DNA of 64,000 nucleotides from Myxococcota bacterium. Lineage in GTDB: Bacteria > Myxococcota_A > SURF-8 > G963663525. Of this stretch, positions 8,427-18,735 are shown piece after piece. The stretch spans positions 1 through 64,000 of the forward strand of contig CAXXVK010000067.1 of assembly GCA_963676915.2 (NCBI GenBank), in the 5' to 3' direction. Under the pieces are notes generated by a model. The model was not told the origin of the DNA. It worked only from the letters and a program-made list of their open reading frames with translations, and ran no database searches. Position 1 is the stretch's first letter, and each line of letters starts with the position of its first letter. The position numbers were made by a program, and so were the translations under genes.

Positions 8427-10808
8427 ATGAATTTGAGGATAACTAAAAAACACCGAAGATTATCGATGCTTGAAATCGTGGTTGTGTTCGGAATTCTTTG
8501 GTTTTTTCCAGTGCTTTCCTATGCCGCCGATCCACAGCTTTTTTCGTATGATGACGGTAGCGGAGAGGTGTTACTCACCAACGTCGAGGCCGGGTCGTGG
8601 CAGTCGGTGATGTTTTGGATGGAGCATCCCGCCGAAATCCACGAAATACAGGTGGCTTTTTCGGATGCCGGACCGGTCGAGTTGCATTTGTGGAAAGACG
8701 GTGGCGGTAACGATCCTCTCGGTGGTGATCTGACCGAACCCTACATCGCCGAAGCTCCCACGGGTGGGGGTATCGTCACCTGGGTGCTCGATCCACCCAT
8801 TGACGCAAGGGACAAACCCGGTTACGTTCATGCCGGTGCGGTGGTGGTCGATGGCGGTCCGACAGTGGTCATCGACTCCAGCAGCGCCGATGTGAAAAAG
8901 TCGGCGTTTTACAGTCCGGACGAGCCGAGGGTGAAAAAGACCATTGCGGACGAAGACGGGAATAGTGTCGGGAACTTCATTGTGCGGATCAAAGCGGCCT
9001 ACACCAGTGTGTTGACCGAATTTCCGTTCGAAGATGCGACCGAGGCGGCGGGGCTTGTCGGAGCGGGTCGCCCGGCTTGGGGAGACTACGACCGGGACGG
9101 CGACGACGACCTACTGGTCAATGGAAAACGGCTGTTCCGCAACGACGGTGGAACGTTTACGGAAGTTTCCGTCGAGGCCGGACTCGCCACCACCGATGGC
9201 GAAACCACAACCTATTTACCTTCTCATGGAGCGGTCTGGGGGGATTTCGACAACGACGGTTGCCTGGACTTCTTCGGTATCGTTTCGGCCACAGGTGAAA
9301 CAGATGTGCTGATGCACAGCAACTGTGACGGGACGTTTACTCGTATTACCGATGGTGCGCCCGCCGATGAATACACGACCGAAGGCGCAGCCTGGGGAGA
9401 TGCGAACGGAGACGGTTGGATCGATTTGTACGTGGCCAATTATCAAGATCCCGACGCAGAAACCATTTCCGAATGTTTTCCGCACAAGCTTTGGAAAAAC
9501 AACGGCTTATGGGCTGATGGCAAAGGGGCTTTCGAGGATGTCAGCGAAGAATCCGGTCTCTACTATGACGCGATTTATCCCTATATGGTGCAATGTGGAC
9601 GAGGTGTGGCCTGGGCGGATTACGACAACGACGGAGACCTGGATATTTTCGTAGCCAATTACAGGCTTGACGCCGACCGTCTTTGGGAAAACGATGGCAC
9701 CGGCTATTTCTTCAACGTATCGTTTACAAAAGGGGTTTCGGGAACCAACGTCAACGGTTCGTTCGGTCACGGCATCGGGGCCGAGTGGGCGGATATCAAC
9801 CACGACGGCTATTTGGATCTCGCCGTGGGGAACCTGGCTCATCCTCGCTTCATCGATTTCAGCGACCAGACTAGGATCTACATCAACCAGGGACCGCCCG
9901 ATTTTACCTTCACCGACGTTCGAGAGGCGGCAGGCGTGACCTACAGCGAAACCCATTCCGATGTTTTGTGGTGGGATTACGACAACGATGGATGGGAAGA
10001 CCTGTATATTACCGGAATTTATACGGAATATCCGAGCTTCCTGTATCGGCGCGACGGAGAAGCGGACGGCGTACCCCATTTCACTGACACGACCTATTCC
10101 ACCGGATCGGTGATTTTCAATGGCTGGGGTGTGGCGATGGCGGACCCGGACCGGGACGGCGATCTCGACCTGATGACTCGCAGTTACCTTAAAAACAACG
10201 GTGCTGCGGGAGACAACCATTGGCTTCAGGTCAAATTGGTGGGAGGAAATTCTTCCAACACGAGTTGTATTGGATGTCGGGTTGTCGTGGAATTCGGAAG
10301 TGAGCGCGTGACCAAGCAGGTGGAAGGCGGCAAGGCGATGGCCGTGCAGAACAGTTTCGTCCAGCATTTCGGGCTGGGTGGGGAAACGACTGCCAAAGTT
10401 CAGGCTGTCTGGCAGGGTGGCAGCACGACCGAGTGGCAAGAAGTTTCTGCCGACCAAAGGCTTGTTTTGTGTGAAGAAGGAACGCCTTGTTCGGAAAACG
10501 AGCGAAGTTGTCTCAATGGTGACGTTGTGGAATGCTTTGAATGTTTTTGGCAGGTCGTGGAAGAATGTTCCGAAGATTGTCGGGAAGGTGTTTGCACGGC
10601 GTATGCCGAAGCGGACGGGGACGAAGACGATGTGTCTGAAAATGCAGAGGATTCGGACACGGTCGATACTACGGAAGAACCGGGCAAGGACGGCGGGTCT
10701 TCCGGCTCGGGATGCTCCGGCACCGGAGCGGGTGCGACACTGCTGTGGTTTTTCGTAGGATTTGCTTTGCTGAATCGAATGCGACGCTGTTTCCATTTCT
10801 CAAACTAG
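8427..10808 (+). CDS. CRTAC1/ASPIC-UnbV FG-GAP-repeat surface protein with a C-terminal MYXO-CTERM-like sorting signal
   Basis: Repeated WGDYDRDGDDDL / WADYDNDGDLD motifs; NHWLQVKLVG...HFGLG ASPIC/UnbV region; tail GSSGSGCSGTG + TM helix + RMRR. Confidence 0.88.
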   Translation: MNLRITKKHRRLSMLEIVVVFGILWFFPVLSYAADPQLFSYDDGSGEVLLTNVEAGSWQSVMFWMEHPAEIHEIQVAFSDAGPVELHLWKDGGGNDPLGGDLTEPYIAEAPTGGGIVTWVLDPPIDARDKPGYVHAGAVVVDGGPTVVIDSSSADVKKSAFYSPDEPRVKKTIADEDGNSVGNFIVRIKAAYTSVLTEFPFEDATEAAGLVGAGRPAWGDYDRDGDDDLLVNGKRLFRNDGGTFTEVSVEAGLATTDGETTTYLPSHGAVWGDFDNDGCLDFFGIVSATGETDVLMHSNCDGTFTRITDGAPADEYTTEGAAWGDANGDGWIDLYVANYQDPDAETISECFPHKLWKNNGLWADGKGAFEDVSEESGLYYDAIYPYMVQCGRGVAWADYDNDGDLDIFVANYRLDADRLWENDGTGYFFNVSFTKGVSGTNVNGSFGHGIGAEWADINHDGYLDLAVGNLAHPRFIDFSDQTRIYINQGPPDFTFTDVREAAGVTYSETHSDVLWWDYDNDGWEDLYITGIYTEYPSFLYRRDGEADGVPHFTDTTYSTGSVIFNGWGVAMADPDRDGDLDLMTRSYLKNNGAAGDNHWLQVKLVGGNSSNTSCIGCRVVVEFGSERVTKQVEGGKAMAVQNSFVQHFGLGGETTAKVQAVWQGGSTTEWQEVSADQRLVLCEEGTPCSENERSCLNGDVVECFECFWQVVEECSEDCREGVCTAYAEADGDEDDVSENAEDSDTVDTTEEPGKDGGSSGSGCSGTGAGATLLWFFVGFALLNRMRRCFHFSN

Positions 10809-10815
10809 GAGAATT

Positions 10816-11907
10816 TTGGTGCTGTACGAACTCTCTCCCTTTGCGGTTAAGGAAACCCAAGGCCGAATTCATGGTGTGACGAATCAGGAGGATTTTCGTT
10901 CGCCCTGGCGGCGGGACGTGGGACGCATCCTGTATTCTCGTGCCTTTCGTCGATTGGCATTGAAAACACAGGTGTTTTCACCCATCGAAGGCGACCACTT
11001 TCGTAACCGGCTGACCCACACCCTGGAAACGACGCAGATTGCCACGCATATCGCCGAGCATTTGCGGCTCAATCGCGAGTTGACCGAAGCCATTGCTTTG
11101 GCACACGATCTCGGGCATCCTCCGTTCGGCCACCAGGGCGAGGAAATGCTGGATGAATTGATGAAGGAGCACGGCGGATTCGACCACAATTTCCAAAACA
11201 TTCGCATTGTCACGCTGATCGAGATCAAATCGGACCATTATCCCGGTTTGAACCTGACCTGGGAGACGCTGGCGGGCATCGCGAAATCCGCATCCGCCAA
11301 AAAGTTTCTGGCCGAACTCTACCGCAGACCCATTGAAGACACGCAGCCGAGTCTTGAGGCACGCATCGCCGATCTCGCCGACGAAATGGCTTATACCGTG
11401 CATGACCTGGATGATTACGTCCGATACCATCGCATGGGATTTGCAGGGTTGAAGCAATTGGATCTCGCCATCGTCCAACGGAATCTTCCGCCTCGCAATG
11501 CATCGATCAAGGTTGCCATGGGGATATTGGTGCGCAACCTTGTCAATCTGCTGGTGACCTCGCTTTTGAAGCAGAGCCAAAAAGAATTCGAACGCGATCC
11601 TTTGCCGGAAACTCGGGAAGACGCTTTGAAATGCCTGACTTTTCCCGACGATATCGCCGAGGAATACCGCGAGCTTCGTCATTTTCTCCGTACCAACATG
11701 TATCACAACGAAAATCTCAAGGGGCAGACCGTGCGCGGCTGCCGGGTGCTGAAACTCGTTTTTGAACGGCTGATCGAGGAAAGAAACCTTCAACCGAACG
11801 ACGAGCGAGGCTACCAAAAGCTTTGCGATTACGTCAGCGGCATGACCGACCGTTACCTGCTTCGGCTGTTCAAATCGATCTATCTGCCTCGGGAATGGGG
11901 CGAATAA
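10816..11907 (+). CDS. dgt: dNTP triphosphohydrolase (dGTPase)
   Basis: RRLALKTQVF, RNRLTHTLE, AHDLGHPPFGHQGE, ADEMAYTVHDLDD, DYVSGMTDRY. Confidence 0.93.
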   Translation: MVLYELSPFAVKETQGRIHGVTNQEDFRSPWRRDVGRILYSRAFRRLALKTQVFSPIEGDHFRNRLTHTLETTQIATHIAEHLRLNRELTEAIALAHDLGHPPFGHQGEEMLDELMKEHGGFDHNFQNIRIVTLIEIKSDHYPGLNLTWETLAGIAKSASAKKFLAELYRRPIEDTQPSLEARIADLADEMAYTVHDLDDYVRYHRMGFAGLKQLDLAIVQRNLPPRNASIKVAMGILVRNLVNLLVTSLLKQSQKEFERDPLPETREDALKCLTFPDDIAEEYRELRHFLRTNMYHNENLKGQTVRGCRVLKLVFERLIEERNLQPNDERGYQKLCDYVSGMTDRYLLRLFKSIYLPREWGE

Positions 11908-11948
11908 GCCGGGTAAAACGGGTGTTTTGTAGGAAGAAAGGACGAAAT

Positions 11949-13424
11949 ATGAAAGTTTCCCGGCATCTGGCTTTCGATCTGGGCGCGACAAGCGGTCGGG
12001 CGATTCTGGGAACGTTCGACGGAGAACGGCTGGACCTTGAAGAGATTTCGCGTTTTCCCAATCCTATGGTTCCGATTCACGGTCATTTGCACTGGAACAT
12101 CTTCGCACTCTACGAACATATTTTAGAAGGATTAAGGCGAGCGGCTCAACGAAAAGAACGGTTCGACTCAATCGGTATCGACACCTGGGGCGTGGATTTC
12201 GGCTTGTTGGTTCCCGATGGCAGTCTGTTGGGTTTGCCTCATACCTATCGCGATCCCTGCACCGATGGTGCGATGGAGCGTTTTTTTTCGAAAATGCCCA
12301 AAACGAGTGTTTATGAACGAACGGGTATCCAGTTTTTGCCGTTCAACACACTGTTCCAACTCGAAGCGATGAAGCGGGACGACTCCTCCCTGCTACGGGC
12401 TGCGAGTGATTTGCTGTTCATTCCCGATTTGTTGCACTACTTGTTGACGGGTGTGAAACAAACCGAGTTCACCTTTGCCACGACATCGCAGCTTTTCAAT
12501 CCCATCACGAGAACCTGGGAGCCTGCATTGTTCGAAGCGCTGGAACTCGATCCTGCTCTCATGCAGAATATTGTTTCGCCGGGCACGGTGCTTGGTCCGT
12601 TGTTGCCCGATCTGGCTCGTCGAACCGGAATCGCTTCGGTTCCCGTCGTCGCAGTGGCGACCCACGACACCGGTTCGGCCATCGCTGCCGTTCCCGCCGA
12701 AGGAGAACGTTGGGCCTGCATCAGTTCGGGAACCTGGTCGCTGGTGGGCATCGAGTCGGAAAAACCTTTTCTCGATGACCGAAGCCTGTCGTTTAACCTT
12801 ACCAACGAAGGTGGCGTCGGTGATCGTTACCGGGTGCTGAAAAACGTCACGGGTTTGTGGTTGCTCGAACAGTGCCGCGAGGCATGGGCCGGGGAAGGTC
12901 ACGATACGTCGTTTGAATCTTTGCTTAACGAAGCCCGGCAGGCAAAGTCTTTGGTTTCTCTCATCGATCCCGACCATCCCGCGTTCGTGAACCCGCAAAA
13001 CATGCCCGAGGCCATCGCCGCACGTTGCCGGGAAACCGGTGAGAACGTGCCGGAATCACCGGGGGAATTCGTCCGTTGCATTCTCGAAAGCCTCGCTCTG
13101 AAATCCCGTTACGTTCTGGAGCAACTCCGGGAGGCGACGGGGCGTGTTATCGATACGGTGCACGTTATCGGCGGAGGGTCGCAGAATACGTTTCTCTGCC
13201 AGTTCACCGCCGACGCCACGGGGCTTCCGGTCGTTGCCGGTCCCAAGGAAGCCACGGCTATCGGCAATTTGCTGGTGCAGGCCATGGCATTGGGACGACT
13301 AAGTGACTTGGACGCTTTGCGGGCGGTGGTACGTCAGACGGTAGAGCCTGTAACGTATCGACCGGAACGAACGGAACGTTGGAGTCAAAATGTCGAACGA
13401 TTCGAAAAGCTCATGACATACTGA
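11949..13424 (+). CDS. rhaB: Rhamnulokinase
   Basis: LAFDLGATSGR, IDTWGVDF, TGIQFLPFNTLFQL, ATHDTGSA, ISSGTWSL, NEGG; adjacent to rhaA. Start placed at ATG 11949. Confidence 0.93.
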   Translation: MKVSRHLAFDLGATSGRAILGTFDGERLDLEEISRFPNPMVPIHGHLHWNIFALYEHILEGLRRAAQRKERFDSIGIDTWGVDFGLLVPDGSLLGLPHTYRDPCTDGAMERFFSKMPKTSVYERTGIQFLPFNTLFQLEAMKRDDSSLLRAASDLLFIPDLLHYLLTGVKQTEFTFATTSQLFNPITRTWEPALFEALELDPALMQNIVSPGTVLGPLLPDLARRTGIASVPVVAVATHDTGSAIAAVPAEGERWACISSGTWSLVGIESEKPFLDDRSLSFNLTNEGGVGDRYRVLKNVTGLWLLEQCREAWAGEGHDTSFESLLNEARQAKSLVSLIDPDHPAFVNPQNMPEAIAARCRETGENVPESPGEFVRCILESLALKSRYVLEQLREATGRVIDTVHVIGGGSQNTFLCQFTADATGLPVVAGPKEATAIGNLLVQAMALGRLSDLDALRAVVRQTVEPVTYRPERTERWSQNVERFEKLMTY

Positions 13425-13449
13425 TCCATTGGATGACAAAGGACATTTT

Positions 13450-14718
13450 ATGACACACGATACGAAAAAAGCGTACGACATTGCAAAAGAACGCTACGCC
13501 GCTTTGGGTGTGGATACGGAAAAAGCGCTGGAAACCCTGGCCTCGGTATCGCTTTCGATTCACTGCTGGCAGGGAGACGACGTGGGCGGCTTCGAAACAC
13601 CGGACGCTGCATTGGACGGCGGAGGCATCGCCGTTACCGGAAACTTTCCAGGTCGTGCACGAACCCTTGACGAGTTGAGGGCGGATGTCGAACGGGCGAT
13701 GAGTTGCATTCCGGGGCGTCATCGCCTGAACCTTCACGCCATCTATGGTGATTTCGGTGGGAAAAAGGTGGATCGGGATGCTATCGGGCCGGAGCATTTC
13801 GCAAGCTGGATCGATTGGGCGAAAAGTCGCGGTGTCGGTCTGGATTTCAACGCCACGTTGTTTTCCCATCCCAAAGCCGCTGAAGGCTACACCCTGAGTC
13901 ATCGAGACAAAACCGTGCGGGATTTCTGGAGCGAACACGTCCGGCGCTGTCGTGAGATCGGCGCTCACATGGGGCGGGAACTCGGGACGCCTTGCGTGCA
14001 CAACCTGTGGATTCCCGATGGTTCGAAAGACCTGACGCCCAGTCGTCATGTTCATCGCCAGTGGTTGAAAGAAAGCCTCGATTCCATTTATGAAACGTCG
14101 TTTTCCTCAGATCAACTCAAAGATGCCGTCGAGTCGAAACTATTCGGTATCGGCTCGGAATCCTACGTGGTCGGTAGTCATGAGTTTTATTATGGCTGGG
14201 CCATGAAAAACGGCGTGATGGTTTGCCTCGACCTTGGCCATTTTCATCCTACCGAATCGGTCGCGGACAAACTTTCGGCGATGCTGCCGTTTTTCGACGA
14301 GTTGCTGCTGCATGTCTCGCGACCGGTGCGTTGGGACAGCGATCACGTCGTGATATTCTCCGACGATCTCCAGGCTGTAATGGAGGAGACGGTACGGGCC
14401 GACGCCTTGGGTCGGGTTCGAATGGCGCTGGACTTTTTCGACGCCGAACTCAACCGTGTAGGTGCCTGGAGCATCGGTTCTCGGGCCACCTTGCAAGCGT
14501 TGCTGAAAGCGCTTCTTGAACCCACCGAGACACTGCGGCAATACGAAGCGGAAAACAACAAGTTCGGTCGTCTCGCGTTGCTGGAAACGCTCAAAACGAT
14601 GCCGTTCGGTGCGGTGTGGGATCACTATTGCGAACGTTGCGGGGTTCCCGTGGGTGCGGAATTGATCGATTCCGTGATGGATTACGAACGAAGCGTCCTT
14701 GTAAAGAGGGAAGGGTAA
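13450..14718 (+). CDS. rhaA: L-rhamnose isomerase
   Basis: SIHCWQGDDVGGFE, NLHAIY, VESKLFGIGSESYVVGSHEFY, DLGHFHPTE, HVSRPVRWDSDHV. Confidence 0.96.
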   Translation: MTHDTKKAYDIAKERYAALGVDTEKALETLASVSLSIHCWQGDDVGGFETPDAALDGGGIAVTGNFPGRARTLDELRADVERAMSCIPGRHRLNLHAIYGDFGGKKVDRDAIGPEHFASWIDWAKSRGVGLDFNATLFSHPKAAEGYTLSHRDKTVRDFWSEHVRRCREIGAHMGRELGTPCVHNLWIPDGSKDLTPSRHVHRQWLKESLDSIYETSFSSDQLKDAVESKLFGIGSESYVVGSHEFYYGWAMKNGVMVCLDLGHFHPTESVADKLSAMLPFFDELLLHVSRPVRWDSDHVVIFSDDLQAVMEETVRADALGRVRMALDFFDAELNRVGAWSIGSRATLQALLKALLEPTETLRQYEAENNKFGRLALLETLKTMPFGAVWDHYCERCGVPVGAELIDSVMDYERSVLVKREG

Positions 14719-14904
14719 GGGTGCGTTTCATGCCTGATTTAAACAAGTTAGGTCGTTTTTTATCGTTTATGTGACTTTGTCTTCGTTTGAATTTCACAAC
14801 TTTTACAGTTTCGTTTTTCAAAGAATTGCCAAAACGATCCAAACAATGCTATTTAGCTACAGTTCGAGAATGATCATGCAAACCAATGCTTGGGAGCAGA
14901 ACCT

Positions 14905-15366
14905 ATGAAAATATTGGAAGGCGAACTCAACGCACAAAATATGAAGGTCGCCATTGTCGTCGCTCGTTTTAACTCGTTTATTACGGATCGTCTGGTTGAG
15001 GGTGCAGTGGATACGCTCGTGCGCCTTGGTGCGGACGAAAACGACCTGACGCTGGTCAAAGTTCCCGGTGCCTGGGAAATTCCCGCGACCGTCAAGCGGT
15101 TGCTGGCCAAGAATGCGTTCGACGCCATCATCTGTCTGGGAGCGGTAATTCGCGGCGGTACCCCGCATTTCGATTACGTCGCCGCCGAGGTGTCCAAGGG
15201 CGTGGCTCATCTGGGTATGGACAGCGATATCCCCATCACGTTCGGCGTTTTGACCACCGACACGGTGGATCAGGCTATCGAACGTGCCGGAACGAAAGCC
15301 GGAAACAAGGGTGCCGAAGTGGCGCAAGCCGTCGTTGAAATGGCGAGACTCTATGCACGCATCTAA
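14905..15366 (+). CDS. ribH: 6,7-dimethyl-8-ribityllumazine synthase
   Basis: [43 protein letters not shown]; followed by nusB. Confidence 0.97.
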   Translation: MKILEGELNAQNMKVAIVVARFNSFITDRLVEGAVDTLVRLGADENDLTLVKVPGAWEIPATVKRLLAKNAFDAIICLGAVIRGGTPHFDYVAAEVSKGVAHLGMDSDIPITFGVLTTDTVDQAIERAGTKAGNKGAEVAQAVVEMARLYARI

Positions 15367-15862
15367 ACTGCAAAAACATTTTCGCGGTGCACGTCGGCAG
15401 GCGAGAATCTGCGCCTTACAGGTGCAATACGCCTTGGATGTTCTTCCGCAGTCGTCGAATGAAGCCTTGCGTTACTATCGTACCGGTTTCATCGATCCGC
15501 TGTATACGCTGCACGAACTGCTTGGTCCGATGGATGACCAGACCCGCGCCGACCAGGAAGAAAAGCACGACGAATTGTTTGAATTCACGGAACGGCTCAT
15601 CGAAGGCATCGAAGACAACAAAGAGCATCTCGACGAGTTGATCCAGTCCAGTTCCCGCAACTGGAAGCTGTCCCGCATGGCGATCGTGGACCGCAATATT
15701 CTGCGCATTGCCGCTTTCGAGTTGACCGAGTTGCCGGACATCCCCAAGCGTGTGTCGATCAACGAAGCCATCGAACTGGGCAAGCTTTTCGGTTCGCAGG
15801 ATTCCGGTTCGTTCATCAACGGCGTGCTGGACAAAATCTCCCAAGGCGTCGGCAAGGAATGA
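15353..15862 (+). CDS. nusB: Transcription antitermination factor NusB
   Basis: [45 protein letters not shown]; conserved ribH-nusB order. Confidence 0.95.
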   Translation: MHASKLQKHFRGARRQARICALQVQYALDVLPQSSNEALRYYRTGFIDPLYTLHELLGPMDDQTRADQEEKHDELFEFTERLIEGIEDNKEHLDELIQSSSRNWKLSRMAIVDRNILRIAAFELTELPDIPKRVSINEAIELGKLFGSQDSGSFINGVLDKISQGVGKE

Positions 15863-15866
15863 TCCC

Positions 15867-16346
15867 ATGTCCTTCGAAGCGCTCCCGTTGACCCTTCAGA
15901 CTCTCGATCACATGCGAGCGGACCTGCTGGTGCTTACGTTGTTCGAAGACGAGCGCCCGTTACGGGGACTCAACGGGTTGGTGGACTGGCGCTGGGACGG
16001 CAAGCTGAGTCGCTCGATCATGGCGGGAGAATTCAGTGGGAAAATGGGCGAACGCCTCTTGATGACCACCGATCGCTATTTGCCGATGAGACGGTTGGCG
16101 GTTTTCGGTATGGGACTTTCGAAGCAGTTCGATCAAGCCACCCTGACCCACGTTTGGGATACCGTCTGGAAAACCGTTCGGCAGCTTCGTCCCGAATCGT
16201 TGGTGATGTCCCTGCCGGGAGAGGTTCAAGCACCTCGACTACTAAAAAAACATGGTTCGAACCTTACGAAAAAGCTGAAAAATGAAGAGGGTTTGAACGT
16301 GTTTCTGATCGAAACCTCGGAACCCTCGATAAACAAGCGAAACTGA
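15867..16346 (+). CDS. Stand-alone peptidase M17 (leucyl aminopeptidase) N-terminal-domain protein
   Basis: FEDERPLRGLNGLVDWRWDGKLSR...FSGKMGERLL pattern; no catalytic domain. Confidence 0.7.
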   Translation: MSFEALPLTLQTLDHMRADLLVLTLFEDERPLRGLNGLVDWRWDGKLSRSIMAGEFSGKMGERLLMTTDRYLPMRRLAVFGMGLSKQFDQATLTHVWDTVWKTVRQLRPESLVMSLPGEVQAPRLLKKHGSNLTKKLKNEEGLNVFLIETSEPSINKRN

Positions 16347-16360
16347 CGCGAGAGGAACGA

Positions 16361-17590
16361 ATGGCCTTCTCTCTTCCCGATACGGATCTGCTGGTCGTCG
16401 GCGGCGGGATCGTCGGTATGGCAACGGCGTGGACGCTCGCTAGCACCTCGGATCGATCCGTCACCTTGATCGAAGCTGAAAAAGAACCGGCTTTTCATCA
16501 GACGGGACATAACAGCGGTGTGATTCACTCGGGCCTGTATTACAAGCCCGGTTCGCTCAAAGCCTCCAATTGTGTCAAAGGCCGCGAAAAAATGTTCGCG
16601 TTTTGTCGCAAGCACGGCGTTCCTCATGAGCGGACAGGCAAACTTGTGGTCGCTACGGCGGAATCCCAGATTCCATATCTGGAGGAGTTGGAGCGCCGAG
16701 GTCGTGCCAATGGCTTGAAAGGTTTGCAGCGCATGACACTTGCCGAAATGCGCACCGTCGAGCCGAATGTGGGTGGCGTTGCAGGATTGTTCGTTCCCGA
16801 AACGGGAATTGTCGATTTCACGGCAGCGACTCGCGTCATGGCCGAAGAGTTTGCTTCCTCCGGCGGAAACCTGCATTTTCACTGCCGTTTTCTAGGTGTT
16901 CGTGAACGATCGGATCGGCTGGAAGTGTCTACGTCACAAGGGACGATCACCTGCCGGGCGCTGATCAACTGCGCCGGGTTGCAATGCGACCGAGTCGCCC
17001 GTGCCTGCGGAGTGGAACCCGGTGTGCGCATCGTGCCGTTCAAAGGTGAATATTACAGCCTTCCCAGCGGGGAAGACGCGCCGGTTCGTGGGTTGATCTA
17101 CCCGGTGCCCGATCCATCCTATCCGTTTTTGGGCGTTCATTTCACTCGTCGGGTGTCGGGCGAAATCGAGGCCGGACCCAACGCGATACTTGCTCTCAAA
17201 CGGGAAGGCTACGGAAGCTTCGAGTTGTCGTGGGACGACGCCTGCGACATCTTGAGTTACGGTGGGTTCTGGCGAATGGCATTGAAACACTGGAAAATGG
17301 GGATGGCCGAGCAATACCGTTCGTTTTGCAAACCGGCTTTCGTTCGAGAATTGCAGGCGCTGGTTCCCAGCGTCAAAAGTTCCGATCTCGTGTCGGGAGG
17401 TTGCGGTATTCGGGCACAGGCGGTTACGAAAAGCGGAGCGCTGTCCGACGATTTCATCATTGCTCATGGCCCGCGCTCGTTGCATGTTCTCAACGCGCCT
17501 TCTCCCGCTGCTACCGCCTCGTTGAACATTGGGGAAACCATTGCCACCCGTGCCATGAAAACATTCTTCGACGAAAACCAAAAGGCGTGA
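16361..17590 (+). CDS. lhgO: L-2-hydroxyglutarate oxidase
   Basis: VGGGIVG, HQTGHNSGVIHSGLYYKPGSLKA, PFKGEYY, IYPVPDP..PFLGVHFT, GIRAQA, NAPSPAATASL. Confidence 0.92.
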   Translation: MAFSLPDTDLLVVGGGIVGMATAWTLASTSDRSVTLIEAEKEPAFHQTGHNSGVIHSGLYYKPGSLKASNCVKGREKMFAFCRKHGVPHERTGKLVVATAESQIPYLEELERRGRANGLKGLQRMTLAEMRTVEPNVGGVAGLFVPETGIVDFTAATRVMAEEFASSGGNLHFHCRFLGVRERSDRLEVSTSQGTITCRALINCAGLQCDRVARACGVEPGVRIVPFKGEYYSLPSGEDAPVRGLIYPVPDPSYPFLGVHFTRRVSGEIEAGPNAILALKREGYGSFELSWDDACDILSYGGFWRMALKHWKMGMAEQYRSFCKPAFVRELQALVPSVKSSDLVSGGCGIRAQAVTKSGALSDDFIIAHGPRSLHVLNAPSPAATASLNIGETIATRAMKTFFDENQKA

Positions 17591-17670
17591 CGAGGTTCGG
17601 AGCGTATTTTCTTTTTTGAAACGAATCGTGTAGACTTTTGCCGATTTTGTAGCCGTAATTATTTGGTTTT

Positions 17671-17737
17671 AGTAGGTCGGGCAAATTTCTTGCCCGACAC
17701 TTTGGCAATGTCGGGCAAGAAATTTGCCCGACCTACT
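17671..17737. repeat. REPIN (inverted doublet of GTAG-type REPs), family A copy 1
   Basis: GTAGGTCGGGCAAATTTCTTGCCCGAC, a short spacer, then its reverse complement GTCGGGCAAGAAATTTGCCCGACCTAC; intergenic. Confidence 0.9.
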
Positions 17738-17798
17738 TTTGCTGCTATAACTTGTTTTTCAATGATTGAAACCGTTTTGCCGTGGAGAAGAAGCAAAC

Positions 17799-18710
17799 AT
17801 GACGCCGGACCCTAACAGCCCCCCCGAAAAAGACCGAGAGCGGCAGCCCGACGAATCCGGTGAGCGTGAGGAGATGTTGTCTTCTTCCGAAGCTTCCGAT
17901 ACACCACCCAAGCCACCGAAGCCGTATTCTTCGGAAGAACCTTTTGTCGTTCAGTTGAAAAAAGCCGCGAAGCGTCAGCCAAGACCTGTTTCCATAGAAG
18001 GCTGTTTTCAGGACGCTTTTCGGATTCTCAAGCGTTATCCCAACCGCATTTTTTTAATGACCCTGGCCATGGTGCTCGTAACGTTGCCCAGTTCCTTTAC
18101 CATCGAAGCGGGTATGCGGCAGCTTCAGGAAAATCCCGATTCCCTTTCCGAAGCCTATAGGATGTTCAGTTGGGCGGCTGTTTTCAAACTGTCGGATTCT
18201 CTTTTCGAAATCGGTATGATTTTCGCCCTGACCTTGGTCTTGCGTGGCAAACCTTTGAAAATCCTAGGTCTTTTTTCAGGGTGGCGCTACGTTCACATTC
18301 TTCCGTTGCTGATCGTGATTTCCAACAGCGTGCTGCTGCTTGCCATGCTGATGATGGTTAGTCAGGATTCGATGGCCTTTTTCGGCCTGTTTCTTGTCAT
18401 TCCGGGAATTTTCATCACCATCGGTTTTTCCCAGGCCGGTATCGTCCTTCTCGACCGCCGGTTGTCCTTCGGTTCTCTAAAAGAGTCCTGGCTTTTAATG
18501 CTGGGGCAGTTTTTTCCTTATATCCTTTTGAATATCCTGTTGCTGGTTTTTCAGGGCACGTTGATGTCCATAGCGATGCAAGTCATCGAAGAAACGGACA
18601 TCGTGATCGACGGACTGTTGCGCATGGTGATTTACCCTGTGGAATTCAGCCTGTTTGCGGCCTTTTACGACCGCCTGATCCGTCCGCGTCCTCAACCCGC
18701 AACCCTTTGA
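17799..18710 (+). CDS. Hypothetical integral membrane protein
   Basis: Disordered N-terminus followed by about 6 hydrophobic helices; SD-like GGAGAAG upstream. Confidence 0.75.
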   Translation: MTPDPNSPPEKDRERQPDESGEREEMLSSSEASDTPPKPPKPYSSEEPFVVQLKKAAKRQPRPVSIEGCFQDAFRILKRYPNRIFLMTLAMVLVTLPSSFTIEAGMRQLQENPDSLSEAYRMFSWAAVFKLSDSLFEIGMIFALTLVLRGKPLKILGLFSGWRYVHILPLLIVISNSVLLLAMLMMVSQDSMAFFGLFLVIPGIFITIGFSQAGIVLLDRRLSFGSLKESWLLMLGQFFPYILLNILLLVFQGTLMSIAMQVIEETDIVIDGLLRMVIYPVEFSLFAAFYDRLIRPRPQPATL

Positions 18711-18735
18711 TTTCCCCTAGATTCGGAGAAACGCC

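Noticed and set aside
9507-10796. Long antisense ORFs (for example 9507-10796, 5499-6581, 10978-11991, 43114-44115) and the same-strand off-frame ORF 56217-57422
   Set aside because: They fully overlap well-supported genes and have no motifs; such ORFs are expected from GC-rich codon bias.
14719-14904. FMN riboswitch upstream of ribH
   Set aside because: AT-rich, with none of the conserved RFN sequence blocks.
6682-17590. Lysine/glutarate catabolic cluster (ALDH7 + lhgO)
   Set aside because: The genes are 8 kb apart on opposite strands with unrelated genes between them.
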